Of a stretch of DNA of 64,000 nucleotides, positions 15,230-30,421 are shown one piece after another; position 1 is the first letter of the stretch, and every line of letters begins with the position of its first letter. Below the pieces are notes generated by a model. It saw only the letters and a program-made list of their open reading frames with translations, was not told the DNA's origin and ran no database searches. The stretch is from the human T2T-CHM13v2.0 reference genome, Homo sapiens: the NCBI RefSeq assembly GCF_009914755.1, contig NC_060934.1; one strand, given 5' to 3'. The translations under genes were made by a program, and so were the position numbers.

Positions 15230-16780
15230 TAGGTATACTAATAACTTGTCTTATGGCTTTTCTTTGCTGGGAGGTTTTTGTTTACTGATTCAATCTCATT
15301 TGCTATTGGTCTGTTTAGATTTTCTGTTTCTTCATGATTCAGTCTTGGTAGGTTGTATGTTTCCAGGAATTTATCAATTTCTTCTAAGCTATCCAATTTG
15401 TTGGCATATAATTGTTCATAATAGTCTCTTGTTAACCTTTTATCTAAAAAAATCTCTGAGGCATCTCCTCTTTCATTTCATTTTATTTACTTAAGTGTTT
15501 TCTTATTTTTTTTCTTAAAAAAGGTTTGTTGAGTGTGTTTATCTTTACAAAAAAACAACTCTTAGGTTTTCTTAATTTTTCTTATTTTTATTCCCTATTT
15601 ATTTCTGCTTCAATTTTTATTATTTCCTTCCTTGTGCTAACTTTGGGTTTAGTTTGTTCTTATGTTTCTTGTTCCTTGTGGTTTAAAATTAGGTTCCTCA
15701 TTTGAGATCTGTCTTCTTTTTTGATGTATGTATTTACCACTATAAACTTCCCTCTTAGAACTTCTTTGCAGCACCTCGTAAGTTTTTTACATGTTGTGTC
15801 TCTATTTTTATTTGCTTTGAGGGTTTTTAAAATCTTTTTTATTTCTTCTTTGACTGGTTGTTCCATCATGCGTTGTTTAATTTCCACTTATCTGTGAATT
15901 TTCCAATTTTCTTTCTGTAACTGACTTCTAGTTTCATAAAATTATAGGAAAAGATACTTGATATCATTTCCATCATTTTAAGTTAATTGACACTTGCTTT
16001 GTCATCCAACGTATGATCTATCCTGCAGAATGCTCCTTATGCATTTGAGAAGAACCTGTATTCTGCTGCTGTTTGATGGAATGTCCCATATATGTCTGTT
16101 AGATCTATTTGGTATATAGTGTTATTCAAGTCTGTGGTTTTCTTATTGATTTTCTGTCTGGATGATCTATCCACTGTTGAAAGTGGGGTACTGAAATCCC
16201 CAGCTGTTAATATATTGCTGTCAATTTCCTCCTTCAGATCTGTTAATATTTGCTTTTTATATCTAGGTGATCTGATGATGGATGCACATATATTTACAAC
16301 TGTTATATCCTCTTAAAGAATTGACTCATTTATCATTCTATAATGATCTTCCTTGTCGCTTGTGACAGTTTTTAACTTAAAGTCCATTTTGTCTAAGTAG
16401 AGCCACTACTGATCTCTTTTGTATTCTATTGGCATGGAATATCTTTATCCATTCCTTCACTTTCAGCCTATGAATATCCTTAAACTAAAGTGAATCTCCT
16501 ATAGATGGGCATCATATTGTTGGATCTTGTTTTGTTTTGTTTACCCATTTGGCCAGTCTATGCCTTTTGATAGGAGAATTCAGTCCACTTACATTTAAAG
16601 AGATTGTCGATAGGTAAAATGTACTATAGCCATTTTCTTGATTGTTTCCTGATGTTGTTTGGTCCTTTGTTCCTTTCCTCTTCTCTTCATGTCTTTCTTA
16701 GTGATTTGATGATTTTTACTTTTGTAGTAGTATTCTTTGATTGCTTTCCCTTTATCTTTTGCATATCTAGTAGAAGCCTG
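15230..16780 (-). mobile_element. L1MA/MB-type ORF2 5' part (endonuclease/linker)
   Basis: ORF 15660-15887 has KEEIKK and VLRGKFIVVNTYIKK, typical of L1 ORF2. Confidence 0.85.
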
Positions 16781-16986
16781 GAGCTTCTCTTGGGGTAGTA
16801 AGTTAGGGCAATCATTAAGCTCACCCTATTTAGTTCCCCTTTCTTAACGATCACCACCCAGCATCTTCTGATGTCCAATGTCTGAAAATCACAATTTAAT
16901 ATATTTTGTCTGGTATTTTAGCTGTTTCATGTCAGATGATAAATTATCTAGACCCTCTTTCTCTAACTTGGCCAGAAGTGGAAGTC
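16780..16986 (-). mobile_element. Old L1M 5'-end fragment
   Basis: GATGTCCAATGTCTGAAAA...ATATATTTTGTCTGG...CTTGGCCAGAAGTGGAAGTC. Confidence 0.6.
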
Positions 16987-18006
16987 ATCTTTATTGCTGT
17001 TTCTAAGTGTTACTATTAACATATGCAAACCTATCTATTTCTGATACATTAAAAAATCTTGATTTTTTTATGATTGCTTGATCCCCCAAACTGGGATCTT
17101 ACTTAAAATCCATCAAATCAAAATCAAATTTCTAAGAATAACAGGTTAAAATCAGGGTTTTTATGAAGATGTTGGTTATATACTTTTTATGACTTACATC
17201 GATATCAATATTAAAGTTGTTTGCACAAATTAAGAACAGAAGAATGAATACTAAAAATCCATCTAACTTATTTATCTTCATTAATACAGAAAATCTTGCA
17301 TAAAATTTCTAAGTGTTAGGTAGTAATGCTCCAGACATAAGACTTTCATTACTTTGACTTTTCCTCAGTATTACGTCTGGGCTTTACTGAAGTGAACTGA
17401 TTTGGTTTCTTTTAATTCAGTGTATAATAACTTTGTCTACTTGGTCAAATAATCTATCCTTCCCCATACTCAATATCATAATATCTATCACAATTTCATT
17501 TAAGGGTTTAAAACAAAGCTTACAGGCCACATTAATTCACAGAGCATCATGAAAGAATATCTTAAGGAAAACTAAAAAGAAAAAAAAAAAGGAGTACCTA
17601 CTGCCTACTTCCAAGCATTATGCTTGGAGTACTGGCACACTGAATATATTTGGGCAACCAACAACTTTCCTGAAACATGTTGCTCGCATAAGATCTAAAA
17701 ATATTCTGGTGACAAGTTCAAGTCATTTTATCCCCAAATCTATATTATTGAAAGTATTGATGTCCTCATTACTTCATTTAAACAATGTGGAACTTAGCAA
17801 TAAATTAGAAGGCATGTATAGTCATTTTTATAGCGTTTCTCAAAAAGCATTACGAGTTTCAAGTATATTTTCTTTCAAATAATCTTGAGAACTATTGGGT
17901 CATATCATCACCTTGAATTGCTGTACAGTCTGCAGTGTCTCCTACCCGTCTAAGTGATGATTTATTTCAAGTTTTACTCCATCTGAAGCCAAGATTCAAA
18001 TGTATA

Positions 18007-18720
18007 ATTCAGTTCAGCAAATGTATATTGAACAACTATTTGCTTAGTGCTTGGAATATAGAAATTAATAAGTCCAGTCTCTATTACTGAAGAACCTACT
18101 TTCAAAAAGTTGAGACAGGTACAGAAGCAGATAATGTCAGTGTAATATATTTTTTCCTATGAGAGAGGTAAGCAAATGGTGTTCCAGGAGCCCAGAGATA
18201 AGGCTGTATGTAAGTTATATTATAAATGGCAAGTAGAAAAGTATTTGATGAAGAGGATGTAGGTGCTTGAGATTTGATGTCTGTTAAAGCACACTTCTTA
18301 ATGAGAATGTAGGATTATCCAAACATTACATTAAAAAAAAAACATAGTATTATAGCAGTTTGGTTTCACAGCATGTACAGGGCAAGTTAAGAAGTAGCAT
18401 TAGATTCTCAGGAGAGATAGATAAGGGCTTTGCAATACTGCTATGTTGTAGAAGAAAAAGATCTAAAATTTTAGCATATGTTATCAAGAAACTGACCTGT
18501 CAAGGAGAATTCCCCAAGCACATAGTAATATGCAGACTGGAACTCTCAGCTGAACAAGGTTGTAGAGTTAAGTTGGTTATCTGGAATTCACAGAGTAAAA
18601 TCTGTTGATTTTGTGGCTTATAGATAACAAGAAATGGTTTTAAGAGAGAATCAATTGGAATAGAAAAGACTGATGTGCAAACTGATTATGGGATGAAACA
18701 TTTGGGCTGTTCACATTTTT
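18007..18720 (-). mobile_element. L2 fragments
   Basis: ATTCAGTTCAGCAAATGTATATTGAACAACTAT...GTGCTTGGAATATAGAAATTAATAAG, typical L2 3' end. Confidence 0.6.
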
Positions 18721-20648
18721 TATAGTTAAGGGATAAATAACACAGAAACATAATTTTAAACTAATATATTTACAACTAAAAAAGGACACCTGGGTAGACA
18801 CAGACTTCTTTCCTCAAACCTTATACATACGTAAAAATGTAAAACTCTTAAGGACTTCTAAGTGGGAGTTAAATACAAGCAAATACTACTCCTCTCATTT
18901 TGTCTCAAACCTAAAAAGGATAACTCCATGAATATTGTTAATTATTAAATCAAATATAAAACATAAGTCATGAAGGCTAAAATCAATGATACATTAAAAT
19001 TTAAAAGTAGTTAAGTCACATAAAATACAGGAAAAAAATACAGAATTTTCAGGGAAATAAATACAAAAATAGTGAACACATTAAAAAATGGTAAAAATAA
19101 TTCTAAAGAACACTCACAGCCAACAGATTCGTGACCAGAAACGCGCAATTATTATCATTAATTTCTTTTTCTGTATAGATTTTTATGAGAATAGTCTACG
19201 TTTCTAAATAAAAACTATATTTGACAAAACAAACTTGTCTCACTAAGAGCAATACATTACAAATCAACACAGGTGTATTCTTTCCTTTACATACACTTCA
19301 TACAATTAAACATAAAAGCATCAGTTGTGTGCTCTGAATACTTCTGTACATTAAAATTTTGAAAAATACAATAGAAGAATTTAAAATAGCCTGTATCATA
19401 AGAGCTGATAATATTTTTGAGAAAACATTAATATCCACATTTTTATAAAGTATAACAATAAGTGAATGTCCCATGAGAAAATGCACTTATTGTGGAAAAC
19501 CATCAGAAGGAAGGAGATAAGGGTTTTATTCAAATGACAAGAAAATCTGACTGACCCAGAGCAGAATAAAGACCACAGGAAGATTAGGGAAAACATACTG
19601 GAATTCTAGTCTACGTCTGTTGCCTAAGGAATCAAGACTGGGGCCATTTGCATGCATTGGACTGAGAGAGATTTTCTTACTTTTTTTTTTTTTATTACCA
19701 AGAATGCTGCTCCAGTTCTCATTGGATGCTACACAGATGAATGATGTCAGTCTAGAAAAATAAGATCAGTGTGGCCAGGACAGATGAAGATGGCTTCCGG
19801 AAAAAAACAAAAACAAAAACAAAAACAAAAAAACACAGTGCACATTCTGACTTAATTCGCGATAACTTTCTGTAAAGTAAGTCATCTTGCAAAATTCTGT
19901 ATGATGAATATTTACTATTTAAAAGAATTCTGTGGTACAGTCTGTCAAAAAGTAAAAACTAACACTAAATGATGATTAAGGTTAATAATAATAGCTTTGT
20001 TATTTAGTTGACAGAAAGGGAAATATATCATCGCTTTTAAGAAATATTACTTTATGTCCCTACTTTTAATTACTTGGAAAAAAGATGATATGAAAAGTAG
20101 AGTAAGCTAAACTTTATCTTAAAAACCTTATCTAAAAATAACAGACTTTGTACTCTCTTTTATTAGCACAAAAATACAATATTTTACTAAAGGAAATCAG
20201 AAGGTCAAGAACTGGGCAATTCTGGCCAGAGTTTTTCTTTGATGAACGTGGCTGCAGTTTTTAAAAATGGAAACCTGTTAAAGCAGATACAAATTTCTGA
20301 AGTATTAATGACTGCCCTAAACATTAGGGGATCCTCCACATGCTAAATAAATACTGCAGTGCCAAAGATAACCCCATATCTAAGTTAACAAGCACATGAG
20401 GAACCAGAATTCTGTTCTACACCAAGTTGGCTACAGCACAGGGAACTTGAAAGAAAAGATGTTAACCCTCCTTTATTTTGAGCAGCTTTGGTGTCTCTCT
20501 CTAAATTAAAAATGTCTATAATGTACATTATCATATGTCACATAACATCTTATAAAAACTAACATACATAAAGAAAAATACATGAGGTATAGGAAAACTA
20601 CTGACTTCTTCATTATTGGTTGTTGGCTTAAGTCACTGATAATTTCTT

Positions 20649-20681
20649 CACTTGATTTTAACCAAAAGGCTAAGAAGCAAC
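20649..20681 (-). pseudogene. 3'-truncated U2 snRNA retropseudogene (nt 1-33)
   Basis: Minus strand GTTGCTTCTTAGCCTTTTGGTTAAAATCAAGTG vs U2 ATCGCTTCTCGGCCTTTTGGCTAAGATCAAGTG (27/33); direct repeats G(T/C)CA(C/T)TGATAATTTCTT at 20632-20648 and 20685-20701. Confidence 0.85.
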
Positions 20682-21369
20682 GTGGCCATTGATAATTTCT
20701 TGGATGTCTTTTTAAAAATGTTCTTCCATTTGTGGAACTCAATATCCCTGCAAAGCTAAACCACAGTCACACATTAATGCTTGATCTGTTTTCTCCAGTA
20801 TACCAGCAGACTCTGAACTCTGGGACCAGAGCATCCCTATGGTGTATAATAACCGAGAACAGGTCATTCATGTGTCGAACTGAGGGAGACAGGTCATAGA
20901 AAATACACTTAGGTTTAAAATAGAAATTCTCACTTTGTGCTTTTTAGGGTTTAATTGCTGCTAAGATGATGCTATCAATTGTATTTTTAGGTACTATCCT
21001 CTAGCATGGCACAAGATATATAGGTTTTAATATCAGTAATACTTTGAAGTGAAGTCATCATCATCATCTCCTTTGCCCTCGCCCAAGATGTTCATGGAAT
21101 TCTAAAGCACATTTTTGCAGTTAGCCTCAGAGTGACCCTGCAAGGGACGCAGCTATGGACATCCAGAGGAAGGCCATAAAACAAAGGGGGATGCCAGTTA
21201 TGAAGACCTGATGTTATTTTTCTTTTGCCCTAGAAGCTCCAAAAGTAAAATTTGGCTCAGAAAGATAGACAGTTTTCATTGTAAAATTTGTTAGGATTCA
21301 ATCTTCATCAAAATATCTTCCTTTAATCAGTAATAAAAAAATTAAGAACTTTAAAAGTCCAATCAACAT

Positions 21370-21685
21370 GGGAAAGACACAGAGATACATTTCAACTTGC
21401 CCTGCTCTCAGGAAGAGCATAGTATATTAATACATTATATACAACTGGGGGAAATGGAACTCATCTACATTCTTAATAGTTTTCTCTTGTATTTCTGTTC
21501 TTAAATGGTAAATCAGTGGCACAGAAAATATTAATATATAGGGATTTATAGTTACAGTACACCAAAACTGGAATTTAACGGATGGTTTCATTGGAGAGGG
21601 AAAAGCTGAACTGACCTTGAAAAAACAGATGCACTATTTCATCGAAGAGGAGGGTAAAGTGCATTTCAGGATGAGGAATAGCTGT
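21370..21685 (-). mobile_element. L2 fragments
   Basis: CCCTGCTCTCAGGAAGAGCATAGT; GCTGAACTGACCTTGAAA...GCATTTCAGGATGAGGAATAGC. Confidence 0.5.
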
Positions 21686-21961
21686 AAGCTCCTGGTGCTC
21701 CTGAATTTCTCTCAGTTCCTTCTCATTTTTTAACCCAAATGACCTTTGCTTGATGACACTTTGGCCATCTTGTAAATCTCAATGTAATCGAATCTACTAT
21801 TCAATAATTCTAATTTGGAGGGAAGAAAAAGTTTCAGTAAAATAAGCCTTAGTGTGGTTTCCATTGTAGATCTGCAAACAACCAAATGACAACTTCACCT
21901 AAACTAGAGGAACACAGACATGAAAAAGATATCTGCCCATCAAAAATAAGAACTAAGATCT

Positions 21962-22297
21962 ACTTTCATTGGGGTTCCCTTAGAAGTAGATCCTGATAGA
22001 CATTCAAGGACAAGGAGTCTGTTTGGAAGGTGAAAGAACACAGAGACAGGAGAGTGGAGAAGTGAGCCAAAAAAAGGAAAAGTTACCAATAAAGTGTGTA
22101 TTTTCAAGTGAGTTACCATTGCAGGCTACAGGAACTTCATCTTAAAGAAGGAACTCTGGAAGCCAGTGTTACATATGTGCCTTATAAGTAACAAACACAA
22201 GCAAAGGGTCTAGATATTTGTATATGAACTTGTTAGTCATTGGTTGAGGGCTGCTCCTGGAACACAGATGAGTGATGGGTTGACAGTGTCCACTACA
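21962..22297 (-). mobile_element. LTR33/LTR67-like ERVL LTR
   Basis: GGGTTCCCTTAGAAGTAGATCCTGA...CCAATAAAGTGTG...GTCATTGGTTGAGGGCTGCTCCTGG. Confidence 0.7.
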
Positions 22298-24960
22298 GTC
22301 TACCCCTTGCACTGCTTAGATTCACTCATGCACCAAAAGCACTCCACAGTCATTAATTTTTCAAGGTGGTGGTTGGATATAATTCAATTTTAAAAATTGA
22401 AACAAAGAGGGTCATAAAAACAGGGGAGCCACTGGGATAAGTTAGAGTCTCATATTGCTGGAATGAGGACAGTTGGGCCTCAGTATCCACAGGTGCTGCA
22501 TCCAAGGATTCAACCAAGTGGGAATGTGTTATTTTTTTGAAAAAAGAAAGCAAATAAGAATGCAATTTCAAAAATACAAATAAAAAGCCCATACAGCATA
22601 ACAACTATTAACATAGCGTTTACACTGGATTAAATAATGCAAGTAACCTAGAGATTATTTAAAGTACATAGGACGATTGCGTAGGTTATATGCCAATACT
22701 ATGTCATTTTACGAGAGTTGTGCATCTGTAAATTTGGGCATCTGCAAAGAGTCCTGGAAGAATTTTCCTGAAGATACTGAGAGATGACTATATTCATCAT
22801 CTGTCTACTCTGTGACATATTCTAAACTCTTCATCACAGAACAGCATTTCTAATAACCTGGTCTACTCACTCAAAGACTGTGGTTTCTGCAGTTGCTGAT
22901 TTCTAGTTATCAGCAGGCATGGGAACCCTCCAGTGAATCCTCTGGGGTCCAGACATCCTCCTTTCAGTCCGATAATGTAGCGGTATCCTTATCTCCTAAC
23001 AATAATCAGGGTCAATCGTCCCTTCCGATAGAGTAAACTCCTTTGATTGCAGACTAATCTTCTGGCCCAAGAAATGCAAAGTGACTGGTTGATAAGCATG
23101 AACTTTGCTATAGTGGAACCCTTGTGTCTTCTGAAAGAAAAACAACCTCTTGGGAAGCAGAAACTAGTTGCATGCATGAAAGTAGGTCACTGGATATGAT
23201 GGTAAATGGGGACAATTCTACCTATATTTCTTAGTTTCTAGGCCTATGTATTCTATCTACTGGGTATAAAACACAAAACAGCTATTGTTTAAAGTATACA
23301 TGGCATTTTGAATGTCAGCATCCAAATCCCACAAGGAATCTCCCTAAGGCAGAGTTTTATTTGTGCCTTTAAAAAGTCTAACATTTTCTCGGAAATCAGT
23401 TTCCATATGATGCTGTATATGTTAGGACCAATAAGTCCCATGGTCAAATGTCCCTTGTTTCATCTTCTTCATGTAAGGTGATGATCCCATGATAACAAAT
23501 GGGTGCTGACCCTATGATAACAAATCAGACACTTTTAGCCCTCTTTGAAAGATGCCAGTCCAGGTACTGTGGGCAAATAAGAAAATCTATAATCTCAGAA
23601 TATGTGTTACTTTAAGTAATAATCCCTTTGTCTTCAGGGAAGATAAAGTCCAATGTACCTTTTGGCAAAGTGGGTGATTGCTCTCCTAAAGAGACTATAT
23701 TAAGAAAACGAATAGTTTCAGTCTGTGCTGCAGACAAGTTAGATATTCAGTAAATTCAATAGCTGGATCAGCCATAATGAGGACTCAGGTGTTTAGATGT
23801 TTGCATACCCTCCATCTTTGACCCCTTGCATATTCTATTCCTGGGCCTGTGTGCAAGTACTATGACAGCTGGGAACAGATACCACTCAATACTTTCCCTG
23901 CAGTGAATCTCTCTGATAGGTATTAATATAAGAGACAAAGATCCACTCATTCATGAATCACGTTCAGGTTTTTCCATCCTCCATCTCTTCTGGGCCACTC
24001 ATATGCATAATTTTCTTGTGTCCTCCAAATCTCCTCTGAGACAATCTAAAAAATAGCATTGTGACCATAGGATGCAATACTGCTGGGCATGCTCAACTTG
24101 TGGAACTGACAAACAATTCATGATAGGCATCTCTGGTTGCTTAGTCATTTGATGGCCTTTCATAGGCTGTCTCTGCAAGGCCCTACAGTAGCATATTTCA
24201 CAGTGGTTTTCTAAAGCCGAAGAACTGTCTTATGCAGAAGTCACAACTTAGCTCTAGAATCTCAGAGATCTGCTCTGTCACTGTCCTATTGGTATTTCTC
24301 AAAAATTCCACACAGTTCCCTTATCTCCTCTAGCAATACTGGATATATCACTTTCTAGATCCTAAACAGCAAGGCCGTTTCTACTGTGGACTGAATTCCC
24401 TTAACTATTTTTCCCCCAGTAGCTTTCTGGGTATGTGATGTTCTCCTATCCTGAAAGAGCCTAATAAGCACTGTGTCTTTTTTTAGTGGTAGGATTTTAA
24501 TGATGAAATAGAATTTCCTTCACCTGGGAGGCAATATCTCAGTATGTCCCAGAACAGCTGGCCCTTAAAACCTTTATCAATAAGGCAGATATTTCACTGG
24601 TCATTTACTGGGTCCTTGGCACTAATGGACCTAATCAGGTTACTTAAAGAATCCATTACTTCCTTCTCATAGGTATAATTAACATCATAGCATCAACATG
24701 GCAATGTTCTCAGATGAGTGCAATGTTCTCAGAATATCCAAATAATCAAGCTCCCTTCACATTGTAGTGCGTCAGAAAGAAACACAGTAATTTCTCTGAA
24801 ATTCAATCACCTTGAGGCACTACTATGAATGAATGCTCCTGTCTGTTCAAAGTAAGACTTGATCCTTTTGCATGAAAGGTATTGAAAAGAATACCCCATA
24901 GAGGGTTCCATAAGCTGCATTGATCTGTTCCAACAAAGATTCAAAATTCAACACAATAGC
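22298..24960 (-). mobile_element. Ancient ERVL-class internal (pol) remnant, interrupted by MER2
   Basis: Begins GTCTACCCCTTG (PPT-side junction) next to the LTR; degenerate RT-like motifs (FFSIP; YIDD-like) near 24680-24895. Confidence 0.65.
22470..22790 (-). mobile_element. MER2-family TcMar-Tigger element
   Basis: CAGTTGGGCCTCAGTATCCAC ... GATACTGAGAGATGACTA; internal CTAGAGATTATTTAAAGTAC...GTAGGTTATATGC. Confidence 0.85.
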
Positions 24961-25821
24961 TAAGATTGAGACTATCATTTGTTGAGTCATCTCTAAATAA
25001 TATCCTGAATATATGTTATTTCATCTGGGTGCATGTATACACATAGAATAAATTTCCATAACTGGGATCACTGGGATCAAAGGGCGTTGAGAAAATCACA
25101 TATTCTGCCAAATTGATTTCTGTAGCTGTTGTATAGTTTTATATTCCCAGCAGTTATGTAGTAAGGGATGTGTATTCTCAGAGCCCCATTACCATTAGAT
25201 GGTCAAACTTTTAAGAATTATGCCAATCAGACAAGTAAAAAATACCACTTAGTGAAGTTTTATTGTGCATTTCTCCAATTAGGATTGAAATTTAGTATGT
25301 TTTCTATATTTAAGGGCTACTTCTCTTTTACTATTATTACTATTAACTGTTTTTTGTGTCTTTTGTCCTTATTTCCATTGGATGATTAGTCTTTTACCTA
25401 CCAAATTATAGAAACTTTTTACATATTAGTGCAATTTTTGATTCTATAAATTGCAGAATTTTACTAATTTTTTAAGTCTGTTCAGGGTGATTTTTTAATT
25501 TATAACTTTATTTTTAATTATGCAGTAAAATTTATTAATCTTTGCATTATAAAGTGTTATATTAATTGTATATTCTATTATCTACTGAAAACTTCTATTG
25601 TTTGAAGGTTTTTTTCAGTAATTTTTCTTGGATTTTCAGCATGGTCATATGGTTTTAAATCAAGAATGAGAGTTCAATTTTATCAAATGATTTTAACTTT
25701 TTTGAAGATGAACATTTTTTTCAGTAAATAATTATAACAAATTTTATTATATATTTTCTAAAACCAAACCATCCCAACATTCTTGGGAGGAAAATACTTC
25801 TGATTTCATGTTACATTCATC

Positions 25822-26120
25822 TTTGTTTTTTATTTGCTGGTTTTAAGAGACAGCGTCTTGCTCTATCAGCCAGGCTGGAATGCAGTGGGGTGATCATAGC
25901 TCACTGCAGCCTTGAACTCCTGGCTCAAGCAGTCCCCCTGCCTCAGCCTTCTGAATAGCTGGGATTACAGGCATGCACCAACACACCTGGTTGTTTTTTT
26001 AATTTTTTGTAGAGATGACATCTTGTTATGTTGCTTAAGTTGGTCTCCAACTCCTGGCCTCCAGTGATCCTCCTGCCTCAGCCTGCCAAAGTGCTGTGCC
26101 TTTGAGCCACTGTGTCTGGC
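25822..26120 (-). mobile_element. AluJ
   Basis: GATCATAGCTCACTGCAGCCTTGAACTCCTGGCTCAAGC, J-type. Confidence 0.92.
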
Positions 26121-26251
26121 TAAATTGCTATATTAATCTTTAAATGTGCTTCAAGTTTCGGGATTCTAATCTTCTATTTGGGATTTTAAAATTATTATTC
26201 ATAGGGGAGATAAATTTCATTGAAATTATCTTCTTTTTAAAGGTTTGAATT

Positions 26252-26808
26252 TTCTTTCCATCTATGAGCTTGACTATTCTACACTCCTCCTGTGAGTAGG
26301 ATCATGTAGTATTAGTATTAGTCCTTCTGTGACTTGCTTATTTCACTTGCATACTGGCCTCCAGGTTCATTCATATTATTGCAAGTGGTAGGATTTCTTT
26401 CTTTTTTAATGAATGGCTATCATATATATATATATATATACACACAAACATACACACGCACATATATACATATACATATAGTTTTTTTTTTAATGATGAC
26501 AAGCATTGGAGAGGATGTAGATAAATTGGAACCCTTTACCCTTTACGCTACTGGTGAGGATGTACAACAGTGTAGCCACTGTGGAAAGCAGTCTCAAGGT
26601 TCCTCAAAACATTAAAAATAGAACTACCACATGATCTGCAATTCCACATATGGAAAAATGTCCAAAAGAATTGAAATCAGGATTTGGAAGATTCACCAGC
26701 ACTCCCTTGTGCATTATTCACAACTGCAGCATTATTCACAACAGCCAAAACGGAACCGATCCAAATGTCTGTCAACGACGGAGTAAAGAAAATGTGGTCT
26801 ATGTACAT
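26252..26808. mobile_element. L1MA/MB 3'-region insert with internal inversion (26252-26480 minus, 26490-26808 plus)
   Basis: Two segments adjacent in the L1 consensus lie in opposite orientation, joined at a TA/CA microsatellite. Confidence 0.7.
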
Positions 26809-26836
26809 GTCATTTTTCTTTCTATATGCTCTACAA

Positions 26837-27048
26837 TAAAGGTTTGAAAACTGTGGCCATTGGGCTGGATCCAGAGTGTGGGCTGTTTTTGTAAGAGCCT
26901 CAGGATGAGAATTATTTTTACATTGTTAAAAAATTGTAAGTAAAAAAACAAATAAAAGAAAAATCTGTGATAGACACCACTATGTGGGCTGCAATGCCTA
27001 TATTATTTATTATCTCACTTATCACAGCGAAAAACTTGCAAACTCTTG
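26837..27048 (+). mobile_element. MER58A-like hAT MITE
   Basis: AAACTGTGGCCATTGGGCTGGATCC...AAAACTTGCAAACTCTTG; 8-bp TSD-like CTCTACAA / CTCTCAAA. Confidence 0.75.
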
Positions 27049-27399
27049 CTCTCAAAAGCTAAATATCATTAAAATTATCTTCCTTTTAAAGGTTTGATAT
27101 ATTTTTCCTGAAAAACTATTTTATTCTGGTGCTTTTTCAAGGAGATCCAGGTAACTTTCTGTGAACTTTATCATTTATTTTATGGAAATTGTTTTCAGTA
27201 AGCTATTTGAGTGAACAAATTGTATTTTTCTAGAAAATTATCCATGTCATCTAGATTTTTAAATTTTTTGGATAGAATTTTTCAAACTCTCCTCTCGATG
27301 TCTTTCAATATTTCCTCTTTAAATGTTTAGGTCCCAGTTTTCCTGGTTTGTAAATTTTTATCACTCCGTTTGTAAGTTAGGCAAATTTTTATCTATTCT

Positions 27400-28045
27400 G
27401 TTTATACCAATTACAGTTTGATAGAAAAGCAAATTCACTAAGAATGATGGGGAATATTACATCTCGCTTAGGGAATCAGACTTACGAATTCCTGGGAACA
27501 TGTCGGGATCAATAGAAAGCTGATTGTTCAGCATCTGTAGGAATCATAATATTGCTCTGAGATAGCAGTGCTGGTGGCAGGAAGGAAAAGTAGAGATGCA
27601 TTTGTGGAAAGTAACAAACATAAGTGTACATGGAACTCATGAAACCTGGTCAGAACCCCCAAGGACAACTGAAACCCTCATCTGTTTCCTACCACCTCCA
27701 AATTCAAGAGATGCAGGTACCCAGCAAAAGAAGCTGTTTCCTTAGCCACAAAGCTACACGCGCACCTGTCCCAGGACTCAGGGAGTATAAAGGGGATGAG
27801 ATGCAGGTGTTAGAGGAGCTGCAGACCTGGCTGTGGCCCCAGGCTAAGGTGAGCAACAGACAAATCCCAACATATGTGGATTTCATAATGCCTTCAAAGC
27901 AAAATGGCTGCTGCTTCATTTCCCCCTTGTACTTCTCACACAAATTTTTCTTGCCACCACCCTAAATCAGAACCACAAGGTAAAAAGAAACCTGGAAAAT
28001 GTAACTTTAGCCTAGTCAAACTGACCCGGTACAAAGATACAGTAG
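27400..28045 (-). mobile_element. Ancient ERVL-class LTR (LTR78/79-like)
   Basis: CTGGAAAATGTAACTTTAGCCTAGTCAAACTGAC terminus adjoining ERVL internal sequence. Confidence 0.55.
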
Positions 28046-29600
<1,555 letters not shown>

Positions 29601-30107
29601 GCTCCACCCCACAGAGAAATGTCTTCAATTCAACTCTGACCTTTTCTTGTGTCTGTTCTGAGTCATGGTTTCATTTCTAAGGTTTTTATTTCTTTATATA
29701 TTTAAACACTACAATTCCATTTATTTTCTGTTATCCAGAAAACTTTCAGAATAGCAGTTTCGTTGATGTACTTTCATTCATTCTTATCCATATTTTAAAT
29801 GCACTTTCTTTATATACATTGTTTCTATCATCATAACTAAATTTGTTTATTGTGGACAAAAATAGCATGTTCTTGTCAACCTTCTTGAACTAGATGTGTA
29901 TATATCCTTTTAGTAATATGGAAGCAAAAGCAGTTTGGAGCCTTCCTATATCACTTGAAAATTATGTATTTAGAATTAGGTTGAAATGTTAAGAACAGAT
30001 GCACTTGAAAGATTTACTAGGTACAGATTCCAAAAGTTTCTTTACACATAATAGAAGTATGTGAAATCCAGAACCCAGTTTTACAGACTTTGACCATTTT
30101 CAAACAC

Positions 30108-30387
30108 ATTTTAATTCCGTAATTTTTCTGATATTCTCCCTTTCAGATTTATGCATTAAATTATTTCCCCTTACAGATGTATGCAATACATATGTACACA
30201 CACATCACACACACACACACACACATAACCAATTTAATTCTGTAATTTTTCTGATATTCTCTCCTTCAGATTTATGCACTAAATTAATGAAGTATTTCCC
30301 CTTACAGATGTATGCAATACGTATATATCACACACACACATACATACATACACATATACTCCTGCATATATATGTATGTACATATGT

Positions 30388-30420
<33 letters not shown>
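30108..30420. repeat. ~120-bp tandem duplication ending in (CA)n, followed by (TG)n
   Basis: TTTAATTC(C/T)GTAATTTTTCTGATATTCTC...TTTCCCCTTACAGATGTATGCAATAC at 30110 and 30233. Confidence 0.9.

Positions 30421-30421
<1 letters not shown>

Larger units (their letters stand above)
25000..27400 (-). mobile_element. L1ME-type fragment hosting AluJ, an L1M insert and MER58
   Basis: TGCCAAATTGATTTC...ATTCCCAGCAG; CCAAACCATCCCAACATTCTTGGGA; AAAATTATCCATGTCATCTAGATTTT. Confidence 0.6.
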
